From contig PS015202.1 of assembly GCA_048213135.1 (NCBI GenBank), positions 10,935-61,087 on the forward strand: a stretch of DNA of 50,153 nt, in the 5' to 3' direction. Position numbers and translations under genes: made by a program. Of the stretch, positions 1-12,500 are shown piece after piece. The notes under the pieces were generated by a model. The model was given only the letters and a program-made list of their open reading frames with translations, was not told the DNA's origin and did not search any database. Each line of letters opens with the position of its first letter. The stretch's first letter is position 1. This stretch comes from Reclinomonas americana ATCC 50394. Taxonomy: Eukaryota.

Positions 1-445
1 CGCACCAGAAGAAGCCGACCAATAAAATGCCAAAGTGTGTGCACAAGAAGGGCACCACCACACACGCCTCTTTCAGCGCCACATTGCGCTTGTCGAATGC
101 GCCACTGTAGAACACAGAGTACACAATCATGGCCGCTGCGTGTGTGTGCGTGCGGATGATGAGTTAGACGCTGTGTGTGTGTGAGAGAGAGAGAGAGAGT
201 GCGCTCACCTAATGCCGAGCCTGCTTGAATCAACGGGAAGAAGAGAATGGTGCTGTAGTGTGTGCTTCGATGTGGTGGTCTCCGTTGCTGTCGACACTGG
301 TGTGAGCGCATGCATGTGTGTGTGTGTGAGTGAGTGGAGACGCAACGTAAATGTAGAAGGCAAAGACTGCCATCACGAGAAAGTAGATGCCATAGCAGAT
401 GGCAAGGACCAGCACACTCCAGTGTGTGAGGTCGATCACCGACAT
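1..445 (-). CDS. Multi-pass membrane protein, 5' part (continues beyond window start)
   Basis: Exons 347-445, 209-296 and <1-135 joined by GT-AG introns give MSVIDLTHWSVLVLAICYGIYFLVMAVFAFYIY|CRQQRRPPHRSTHYSTILFFPLIQAGSAL|AAMIVYSVFYSGAFDKRNVALKEACVVVPFLCTHFGILLVGFFW, with at least three hydrophobic segments. Family not assigned. Confidence 0.65.
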
Positions 446-525
446 TGCAACAAAGACGATCAATGAATGAGAGACGACGGAGGACGCATGCGGGATTGTT
501 CACTTCGTTGTTTTCATGATGGACG

Positions 526-3500
526 TCAGTCGTCTTCGGCAAACACCGCCGAGGAGGCAACCTGAAGAAGAGAGAACTCGTGAGAAGTGCACGGAAGGCA
601 GTCAGTGACGGCCACCACGGAACCTGATCGGCGTCGATTGCTGCGACATCACAACAAGTCAGTTTAGCGACTCGTTCAACAAGCACACAGACAAAAGGAA
701 ACACGGCAACGCACCCGCCGTGTGCATCATGGCGTACCGGAGCTTGGACTCGAGGACAGCTGCAGCGTAGTGTTGGTGAGGAAACACGACAAAAGACACG
801 GTTCACCGTCGTGGACTAAGTGCCTCACACCTTTCGAAGGGTACTTGGCCAGGTCGAGAGTGAAGAAGCACGTGTGCGACGCCGGCAACGGCATGTCGCC
901 CTCGGCATCAACATCTGTGTGTGGCCATTTGTGTGAGGCAGTGGCAAAAATGCAGCAGGTGCCAGCTGCGCGAAATACGAAACTTGCGCCGTATCGTTCG
1001 AGTACGTTCAAGCGAAGTCCTTGCGTCGACGGCGACATGCGTGACTGGCCAGACACGAAGCGCAGAAGCAGACAGCGCTCTTCCGGGGACCACTCGCGCA
1101 TCATCTCCCAGAACCAGTTGATTACTGGACCGAGACTGGAGTCGGCACTGGACTTGCTCTGCGTTGCTCGCCCGGTTCAGACAAGGCACGCAGCGAACCG
1201 CAACACGCGCGCACTGTAATCACAAGCTGCTCACCTTCAGCATGTCAACATCAACGTCAGGTGAGCCGCACAGCGCCACCTCGAGGCCCTCCGGCGTGCA
1301 GTAGTCCACCAGCAGGCGTCGCTCGCCCGTCGACACGGCAAAGAAACCGCGGCGCACGGCTGCCATTTGCGCGTCACACTCGTGGATGCGTGCTTGCACC
1401 ACCAAGTCGATGTAGTCACGCAAGTTGGCCCACGTGACAGGCGTGTTGGCACCGTCGGGGATGAGCTCGACTGAGCTTCCGTCCGACAGCGGACACTCGA
1501 AATTGCACTCGCCGAGCAACTCTTCCACCGAGGTCGAGTGCGCCATGACGGATTCCGCGTGAGAGCGCAACAGCTCAAGCCAGCGCGCAACGCATGCGTC
1601 AGTGGCCACAACATCGGCTTCAGTCAGCGGCTGACCGAGCTGCATATACCATCAACCCAAAGTGAGCGCCACCGCATGTAGAGCACACGACCCAGCACCG
1701 TACGAACCAGTGCCTTCCAGAACGACGGTGCCATGTTCAACGGCAGCACTTGCGAGGCCTTTTGAGCGAGACCAAGGAACGTGCCAACGCGCTCAAAGTT
1801 GCGCATGTCGACAGCAGATGTGCTCGAGGCTCGCAACAGGTAACGATCGCGATACGCACCCGTTTGTGTGCGACCTGCGGCCGATGATCATGTATGAGCA
1901 CTGGAAGGCGTGACAGCGCTTCCTCAACAACTGTCGCACACACACACACATGCGTACCGTTGGGACACAAGCACAGGAGCGGCAACAGGCGCTCGTCCAT
2001 GAGCTCCATCGTCACTTCCGAAAACAGTTCGCGGGTGAGCCCTCCACCATCCACTCCACCCTCGCCAACAAAGTCCACAGAGAACGAGACGAGGCCGGTG
2101 GTGCCGCCTTGCTTTTCCAGCTGCGCAAACAGCTGCTCAAAGCAAGTGCGGTCTGTTGCCGAGACCGGAGCAAGCGGATTCTCAGAGATTGCTGCGTACA
2201 GCACGCAATCGTACAGTTAGTTGTGTGCCCCACTCCTTTTCCCGATTTCCTCTCGCAACTCACCGCTTCGCAGACGCTGCGCGGAGACGCGATTGATCTT
2301 GACCTCCGTGTAGGTGATGTCTTCAGCTTGCGTGCTGGTGAACCAGCTGCTCATGGTCTGCGACAGGTTTTGGCGTCCGATGAGGCGCAATGCACTCTCC
2401 ATCAGCCGCTCCATGGACGGCACTGGCACAGTGTCGGGCACATTAGCGGCAGAGAAACGAGCCATTGGTATCACATACAGCCAGATTCTGATGGCCCACA
2501 GCGTGGATATGATCAGGTGCAACCGGTGCATGACGACTCGCTGCGGTACCACCGGCTGCGATGCACACAACGCGTCGGGGGCAAGTGAGACACTTGGCAG
2601 AATCGAATTGCGCGAGAACAGCAGGGCACACAAGACCAACCTGACCCGACTGCGTTGGAAAGACGACGCACACACCGTCGTAGTCTGTGAACAGAGAGCA
2701 CAGCGCACGCAAGCAGGTCGGAGGCCGGGACAATGGCAGCTGCTCCATCGCTGTCTCCACTGTCTGCCACACGGCAGACTCGAATGTGCCAGGCAGTGGC
2801 TGTGTGCTGCGCAATCGTTAGAAGAGATGAACAATCAGAGAAGCGAGCGCTTTTGACGTACCACGTGCGCGCCCACTCCGCGTGTCGCCGATGCAAGACC
2901 GCGGCCACTTCACCGACATTGGTCCAGTCCACTGCAGACGACGCAGGTGCCAGTTGCAAATCACGTGCAATCTCGGTGCCGTAGCACTCGCCGGTGTACG
3001 GCAAGCACGGCGTACAGTCGTAAATCGAATCTGTCACGCTGGCAGCACCGAGCAATCGCAGTAGACCCGGCAAGCGATCCATGGCCATGCGCAGTCGCCG
3101 ACCTGCATGCACCTCACGAAGATTGGAAGGAATATTCACGTAGCACGAGGACAGCGAGACGCACAGCTTGGATCCGGCGACTTGCCCATGAGCATGCCGG
3201 TCGAGGGTCGCACAAGCAGTGAATCGGCGGGCACGTACAACGCGAACGGCTTGATGTTGAGAGGTCGGTCGTCGCTGGTGAGTGCCGACTCTGGCACATC
3301 AGCAGGTGACAGCCAACGATTCGCATGCGTAGGGATGAGCTTCAGTGTTGCCACCGGCCTGCACCACGCACACACCATCAGTACATGCACAGAAAACTGT
3401 GTGCGAGAGGACAACCACGCGTACCCGTGCGCCACAGCCACAACAAATGACGGCAGCCAGCCGAAACAAGTGTCGTTGCCCATTTCGTCGTCCACCTGTC

Positions 3501-6500
3501 CCACGAGTTTGGGCTGCCATACGTGGTACAGATCGCCCGGTTCCGGCCCATCCGCAGGGTAAGCGTCGGCCAGCGCGAGACGGACTGTCAATGCGCGCGT
3601 TTCAATACTGCTGCCATTGCGACGACGACAACAACAACAACAGAGTACTGCAAGACGACGCAACGAGTGAGCTTGCGTGCTCGTTCGGCATGGTCGAGAG
3701 TTCGCCACTGACGAATGCCGGCAAGCACTGCGTCACGGTCCTTGTCGTCGAATGCATCACACGGGTCGGTGCTTGCCGCAGCTAGTTCGGCCTCCGACAT
3801 CTCGGTCCAGCGCTTAACTGCGCAGTTTCAAGTGAGCGAAGGGAAGGTCCCTCCCGCGTCACTTCCCTGCCGTCACTCACCAGTCGCCAGCAGCTGATAG
3901 ATGTTGTTTTCTTCGCCCAGCGCAGCCTCCAACAAGGTCTCCGGAGAATGATTGCCAGGTGCAGGGTCGAAGCGATGATCGATAATGGCGTGTGCACCAG
4001 CCGCCAGGAATGCAGCGAGCACCGACCGCGGCAACAACTCCGTGTCCATCTGCCATGCATGGGAAGGTGAGAGGACCGTGGCGGTGAACGTGTGCGCGCA
4101 CGCGTTTGGCAATCACGCACATCGTTGGCCAGCACCTCCACGAGCCGATGGACAGGCGACTGCCCGCAGCACATGCTGTGCTGCGTCGGATCTGCGCCCA
4201 GTTCCACCATCTCCAACAGCAGATCGCGGTACTTTTCGTCCTCCTCCGGCGTGTGCTCACTGTTGACCCACTCGTTAAAGACATCGATCAGCGGCAACTC
4301 GCGCGTGAGTGTCGGAGTGTTCAGCACACGCTGTGTGTACACTGGAGACAACAAATAATGTGAGCAGATGGCACTTTGCACACAAAAGGCGGTGCAGCGT
4401 ACCTGGGTCATTCAGTTCGCGAAGTTGCTGCATTTGCTCCGCAGAATAGGCGATCGCACTGCTCGTCGTGAACGGATCTCTGTAGGCTCCACCGCCCACA
4501 AAGTGCATCTACGTATTGATGCCATTCTCACACTGAGCAAACACAACGCAGATTGACATTCCGACTAAACCATGCGTACCATGAGTGTGGGATCCACGCT
4601 GGCCGCACATTCCACTCTCAACTGCGCCGGCTGCTCCACGCCTTCTTCAGTTTCGACCACAACGGCTGCGATGCGCTCATCAGTTCAGCAGAGCCACCAC
4701 AATCTCCACCCACAAAGAGAGAGAGCAGCAGACCAACAAGGAACACGTCCGCGTCGGGGTTGTACAAGTTCACTCTGTTCTCCACGCCGGCTCCATGGAG
4801 AAGCCACACTTGGGACTTTACACCGAGCGTGCTATCTGCAAACGTGGGGACGACTGAGATCAGTGCATGTGTTTGCGCAACAGAGGTGCTTGAATTCATA
4901 CCATTCGGCTCGAAGAGTGGCTCCAGCGAGACTGAGTAATTGCCAAAGTGTGCGGTGACGCACTTGTCACCACTCCACACACGACCCTTGCGATCGAGTT
5001 CGTACACAAGATCCCTGCCTTGTGAGGTGAGTGCCAAGAGAACGCCATCCACCTTGTTGGATCTGTAACTTCACCTTCGTTCCGTAAGCAGCTCACGCGG
5101 TGTTGGCAAGAACGACTCCTCCACGTTCAACCAGCAGATTGTGCCGGCAGCGACATCTGACTGCAAGATAAAGTGCTGGCCATCATAGGAATTTCGCACA
5201 ACAAACGCTGCATGTAAAACACAGTGAAAGCGAGAAGAGTGGTCATCGGGAAAGAAGAGGTACGCACGAAGTGATGTGAACGGCACATGCAGTTGTCGAC
5301 TGGGTGGCAGGTAGCGGAACGACGGACGACGGAATAGCGGGTTGTCGATGCCGAACGAGTGCATTCGGAACGTGATGAGATCAGACAGTTGGCGCACAGG
5401 CGGATCGGCCAGCACACCCTCCACCACAAAGTCACTGCTGAGCGCCACGCACACCTCGGCACGCGCCGTTCGTGTCGCCTGCAGTGTGCGGTGAGAGGAG
5501 TTCACCAGACATCAGCATGCATCTCACCACACCTTGGCCAACTCGATCCACATTCTCTCCTCCGGTGGCGTCGATGAGGAATTCAACAGACACTTGCGAT
5601 ACAACGATGCAGCTGTCAGCGCAAAGCGGTACAGAGGTGCCTTGAGCCACGTCAGCTGCGCAGGGGTGGGCGGAGGGGGTAAGATATGTGAGCAGGCCGA
5701 CTGAATATGAACACACACGAGTGGCGGCGCAGTCACGCACTCGACGGAAGAACTCCGCTGCAACCTCCAGTCGATCCATGAAACGCGAAGATAGGATTCG
5801 ATCGGGACACTTGAACATGTACCCTACAGCGCGAGCTCAGTCCATCAGCTCAGTTTGGAAGCTTGCACTCTCACATCGATGAGTGACGCACGTTCTGTGG
5901 TAATGAGAACAAACTCGTAGAGTTGCCAGTCGAACTGGCATTGTGCGGCCCCTTTCGCGGTCGACAAACAGAGCAGCAGATCAAAGTGCTCCTCCGAATA
6001 GAGCAGGTCATCGAGCGCTGCGTCGCCTACTCGACACGACAACGTTAGCTCGAGAAGGAGGCCGCAGCAATATATCCACACAAACCCGAATCGAGAAGCT
6101 CGAGAATCACGCTGCAGGCCAAGAACGACTTGCAACGATTGTGCACATGCCAGCCCTCTGGCACTCTTGTCGATTTTAAAGAACGGTGAGAGTCGATCGC
6201 CCGAGGCAAGCAACACAAGTCCACTCACTTGTCGAAGAGCCAACGTGCCGACACTCGCTTCGACACAGTCATGAATGCCCAATTGACCAAGTTCTGCACC
6301 GCAGCCGGGCTGCCGTAACGCAAGATACGCTGCACGACGGGTCGCACCGCCTCCGAGTAGCCTGCAGTACCACCCGTCAGCAAAGGCAACATGCACTCAA
6401 ATCACAGCACACTCAAGGCACTCGCTCCCACCTGCCACCGTCATCGACTCGTACATCAGTGCGGAGAGCAGTGTTTCCATGTTTTCTTCGGTGAGCACAC

Positions 6501-9500
6501 TCTCCGCCACGCACTGGAGCAGGCGCAGTACGGTGCGACGGGCGTAGCCATGCACCACTTCACACGCATGCTTGTTGACAGCCGCACACTGACCCGATGA
6601 GGCCACCAACTCTGTGCGGGTGACACCACCGGTTGAGTATCAATCACCACCTGCAGTACGCCTGCAATGAAACACGCACCACGCCAATACTTGGACCGCG
6701 AGCGCGAGAATGTGCCACCTTCGCCCATATCGTCATTGCTTTCCTGGAGCTCTTCGCCAAGAGCCACTTTCCAGTCGCCCTACACACACCGATTTGAACT
6801 GCGAGCTCACGCATAGACGACGACGACTCCGTGCACCAACCAGCAAAGTACGCCATCGCTCCGAAGGATTGGAAAAGACACTGCCGACGACGGCTGTCGC
6901 CGGCTCGTCGTTCACGGCCTCACTGCCACGCACAGACATGAGGTGTTCGTGGCCATGAACGCAGAGAACTGCACACGCTCAAACCTTGCTGGAGGAGCAT
7001 CTTCGTCTTCACCGCGCTCGACTTCTCCGCCTTCGCCATCGTCGTCGTCGCCGCCACCATCCTCCTCATCGCCACCGCTGCCGTCCTCGTCGGTGCACTG
7101 ACTGGAGGTGTCGGTGGCGAACTGTGGCTTTTCGGTCGTGATCATGCAGGTGATGTCGATATTGGCGGCCTCGAAATCGTATTCCAACTCCTCGTCACCA
7201 TAGTCGGCCTCATCTGGACCCTGTAGCAGCGCACCGCGGTCAACACCTATTCCACCACCAAAATGACTTGCCAAAATGACGAAACATCACTGCCCGTGAC
7301 CACGTCGTAGCAGTCCTGATAGCGCCCTTGGTCGTAGTTGGTGGCGGAGAAGAAAGAGTACAAGTCGGAAGCCAACGTAAGCTGGGCAAGGGATGCGCAC
7401 AATCAATGTGTGAGAGAGGGAGAAGAAAACGCAAGCCAGTGAACCTCGACATAGGTGGCTGCAGCGTCGCCAAGTCCAGCGGCACTCAAGGACGCGAGAA
7501 GCCCAGTGAGTGCATCGTCGCCTTCAGTCGCCGGTTCAAGCGAGTCTTCGTCGACACAGTAATTTGAGTCCAGCCACTTGGGAAGCGGACTCGGATGCAG
7601 TTGCTGCACCACCATGCGCGACGACTTGACAACCTTGCACGCGCGGAGAACAGTGGTCGTAACCGGACCCTCGAACAGGTCGACTGGTACCGGGTACTGT
7701 GCAGGCTGCTTGGCGAGCTCAGCAATCGACTGACACAACGCGTTGGTTTCTGGGCACGAGAAAAGAGTGAGCGTGCGCGCAGAGAAACATCGATCTGCAA
7801 TTCGCCACCGCTCACATACCAGCAGCGTGACGTGCCACAACACTGCCAGCGAGGCCACCATCTGCCGGTGTCGACAATACAATGTTCGAAACAAAGCGCA
7901 ACGCACCAACACACAGCAAGGTGCTCCACGTGCTGCTCGCGGCCGAGTCTACTTCTGGTCGCGAGGAGCGACACCAGTGCGAGCACACTTGGCTGCAAGC
8001 CGCGTACAAGCTGCCGAGCTCACTCTCCATCAACCACGTCACCGAGAAGGGTGTCTGTCATGACTGCCCGTGAAAAAAAAACAAGAGTTGACGGTGCAGA
8101 ACAGAATACAGGAGTGTACGCACCATTTCGGAGAACCGCAGTCGCAGTACCGACTGCGTACGTCGTTGCAAATCAGTGCTGAGCAAACTCGCCGTCGCGT
8201 CACGATCCAAGTAGGCCAGCAGCACGTTGGACGTCGCAGGATCCGCCCTGCTGCGTACCACACCGCCAAAGGTCAATTGCATGCCGTCGCCAGCTGCACA
8301 CGATACAGTCAGGTACGCTGCTCCGTGGCGACAGAACGCACGACACAGCGCACGCAACTGATGGCCATCAGTGCCGCACAGCCCAGTAGAATGGCACGAG
8401 GGCAGTCCCCATCGGTGCCTGCACCAGTGGACGCACGGGCACCACGGACAATCAGGCCGCACAGGTAGCCAACGACCTGGACGACGGTCACATAGGTTTT
8501 GTTGATAACATTCCAACAACCGAGATTCACAGTGCGCGAAGCACACCTCGGATCGCCAGCTCTCCCGTTCCATCATGGATCGCAGCACGGCACCGGCTTG
8601 TGCGCTGACTGTGCGTGCCAAGTCACCATCCTTGGCTCGATCTGTCGTCATGTAAGAGACGGGTAGTAGTAGTGGATGAAACAACCAAATTCTGGCGTCT
8701 GACCTTCATCATCCTCCGACTCGCCATCGTTGACTAGGACCGGCAGGAGACCACAAGCAACAAGCTCCAGCAGTGCAGAAGCGATGAGCACTAGCGGAGA
8801 GCTTTCGGGCTCGCCATCCAGCGCCGGGGCATCGGCAGGCCGGTGCTGACGCACCGACGAGGCCAGCTCAACAACTATTGCACACAAACACACATAAAAC
8901 AGAGACTGTGTGAGTGGACCAGCACGTGCACTTTGGGAGATCAAGGAAACGCACGATCAAATGACGGCAGCAATCGCTTAAACAAGAAGAGCATTCGGTA
9001 GGTGACAGAAGAGTGGGACACTTCGGCCAGCAGTCGACCGCAAATGGCAACTCTGTCGGCGCCTTGCGTCAGCATCGTAGCCACGTCCTCCTCATCCGCC
9101 GCGAACATGGATGACGGGTCCGATAGGAACACAGACGGAGTGACGGCTGGTACAGGCGTGGAGGCCGCAGATGGGGCTGCAGGTGCGCCGGCCTGTGTCA
9201 CTCTGCTAATGAGTACCTCGTGTGCACATTCTGCTCTGCAAGAACAACAATAACATCGCACCTCGTCCAGCGCAAAGTGCACAATACAAAACAGAATCGA
9301 TGCCTGCGACGACGCGCACAAATCAGCGGCGCACAAGCTCACAAACAGGCAATCCGATTGCACGCAACAGGCACTTGCGCATCGGCCTCAAGTCCACCGA
9401 ACAGACTGACCGACGCATATGCCACCTTGGCAATCTGCTGCACAAGGACGCTGGCTGAAGGCCGGTACCCGCGCATGCGCTTCTTGTTCCTGGTCAGTGG

Positions 9501-12500
9501 AAGCGCGCGACACAGGAGTACGGCCAGCGTCCGCACAGTGGCGTACACGAGACTGTACGCCAGGGCTGCAAAGAAAAAATGCACTTCCGTTCGGTGCGCA
9601 GCAAACAAAGCCGCCGTCGAGATACACAAACCTCGATTGAGCAACGGATGCAGGGGACGGCTCGAGGCTGCGCTCATGTCGGCAAATGTGCGTTCCATGG
9701 CGTGCCACGCCGACTCGGCTCCAACTCCCTGGCACGGACGATCGAGCAGCTCGGTCAACAGCTGGAAATCCCTCGGTTGCCACTGCACCGACAGCAAGTC
9801 CAACAGTCCCCCAGAGAGGCCATTGTGGTGGCCGTATGCATTCTTGCACCGCAGTTCATCCCAGAGGGTGGAGACGAGTGCGTGGAAGGTGGCCATGGTA
9901 GCAGATTGGCTCTCGTCCAACACCACCTGGTAGCAAGCAAAATGAGCACTCATCGCCGCTTACAGAATCAATCAATCACGCAGCAGCAGACGCACCTCGT
10001 CAGTGTTCGGGCCAAGGTAATGGACACCGGCCAGACTGCGACAGATCCACACACAGAAGGATGGACGCGTCGCGTGCATACTCGGAATGCTGCTGTCTGT
10101 GATGGTGCGATCCAACAGACTGCGCGTGGCCTTTAGCATGAACAGACGGTTTGCGAGGCGAGTTGAGCGATTCGTCATCACACGCAGAGCGTCGTCGACA
10201 TTGCCTGTGCCGGCAGGTGACTGGGCGTCACAACAGCGGACAGAGTCAAGAGCCACGAGGAGCACCAGTACTCACCCTTGTCTTGCACAAACTCCGTGAT
10301 GTTGGTGGCGATTTCGTGGCGCAGCGCTTCCAGTTGCGCTGCAGAGTGATTGGCAAACATGCGTCGCAGCTGTCCCCCATGATGAGATGGCTCGAGAAGA
10401 GGATACAGACTCTACAACCAGGTCACGACATGACATGATGCACACCTTGCGCTGCTGCGCCTGAATCAACGAGGAGTGGTCGCCGAACGGCGCATTGGCG
10501 GCCTGGAGCATGCCTCCCATTCAGCAGCTCACTAAATAACAGCCGCTTTCACCACAAACTCACCGACGTGGCTGGCGTCGCGGTGGCTTGTGCAGCGACC
10601 AACAGTGGATGCAGCTGCAAGTCCAAGAGGAACAGCAATCTGGCAAATGTGCATGTCAACACGTACTCCCTTGCGCACACAAAGCACATTGAGTACTGCT
10701 TATACCTTTTCTTGATGTCGGCACACACCACCTGCGTTGCGTCAGCGCTGCACACTGGTGTGAGACAACTCTAATTGCGCGTAACAAAAAAGGCGGTGAC
10801 GCACCGAGAGAGATCTCTTTCGCTCGTCAACACGGACTGCTGCATGTGAATCTGGCGTCGCAGCTGCGAGTCGACGACCACATGAGAATTGAGCGTGAAA
10901 TCTTCGTGCCAGTGTGCACGACTCACCTGCTCCGCCTTGATCAGGAGGCGCACCAACGCGTCGTTGGAGATGTCGTGCTGTCGACACGGCTCCATCGAGT
11001 CGGTGTGCTTTGCGAGGCAGGCAAAGAGCAGACGCACACACTCGTTCTCTGCGCACGACGCGAGGTGAGCGCAAACGGAGAATGTCACGATGCTCGCACC
11101 CGCCTTGCTTGCGTACCCTCATCACTGCTGCTGCCGCGTACGAGTGGCGGAAGACGATGGCGATGAGCCTCCGCAAGCCGGGAGTAGAACGCTGGTCGAT
11201 TCAGTAAGCAAGTGACACGAGAGATAGAATGGAAAAAGGTCACGTACCTCCGCCATCTCCCTCTCCCTTGCCGATTTCCACGAGCAACACGTGATCGACA
11301 TTCATGCTGGTCTCGAGGCTCGACTCAAACAGTCGCCATCTGGCCAACTTACGACCCTCCGTTGCGGGGGCCAGCGTGCCGCGCAGTGCCTGCAAGGAGC
11401 ATGCCGGTGAGTGGGCACACNNNNNNNNNNNNNNNNNNNNNNNNNNNNNNNNNNNNNNNNNNNNNNNNNNNNNNNNNNNNNNNNNNNNNNNNNNNNNNNN
11501 NNNNNNNNNNNNNNNNNNNNNNNNNNNNNNNNNNNNNNNNNNNNNNNNNNNNNNNNNNNNNNNNNNNNNNNNNNNNNNNNNNNNNNNNNNNNNNNNNNNN
11601 NNNNNNNNNNNNNNNNNNNNNNNNNNNNNNNNNNNNNNNNNNNNNNNNNNNNNNNNNNNNNNNNNNNNNNNNNNNNNNNNNNNNNNNNNNNNNNNNNNNN
11701 NNNNNNNNNNNNNNNNNNNNNNNNNNNNNNNNNNNNNNNNNNNNNNNNNNNNNNNNNNNNNNNNNNNNNNNNNNNNNNNNNNNNNNNNNNNNNNNNNNNN
11801 NNNNNNNNNNNNNNNNNNNNNNNNNNNNNNNNNNNNNNNNNNNNNNNNNNNNNNNNNNNNNNNNNNNNNNNNNNNNNNNNNNNNNNNNNNNNNNNNNNNN
11901 NNNNNNNNNNNNNNNNNNNNNNNNNNNNNNNNNNNNNNNNNNNNNNNNNNNNNNNNNNNNNNNNNNNNNNNNNNNNNNNNNNNNNNNNNNNNNNNNNNNN
12001 NNNNNNNNNNNNNNNNNNNNNNNNNNNNNNNNNNNNNNNNNNNNNNNNNNNNNNNNNNNNNNNNNNNNNNNNNNNNNNNNNNNACACACTTCACAGACGC
12101 ACATCATGACTGGCGACCTACCGAAGCCCACGACGCGAGCACCAACAGTGAAAGGTCTCGCGCGTGATCGATTGTCGCCGTGTCCACAGTCGGTGTGTGG
12201 CAGACGGCAGTCATCACGGTCGACGTGAGTTCTACCAGCCGATGCAGTGCGCGGAAAAATCTGCTTGGCGACTCGTGAGGGACACAGCAACGAAGAGGAG
12301 AGATGCTCACGGAATACGCACGATGCGTCAGCCGTGGCAACACCGGCATGCGACAGAAGTGGCATCGAAACGGCCAGGTACTTTCGCATGAAGCACACTG
12401 GCGATGAAGCGCGTTGCATGACCCGCGGCAAGTACGTCAGCTGCCTCACAAAAATGAGGACCAGTGGACGAAAAAAAGGAGAGTCGAGGCATTCAAACAC

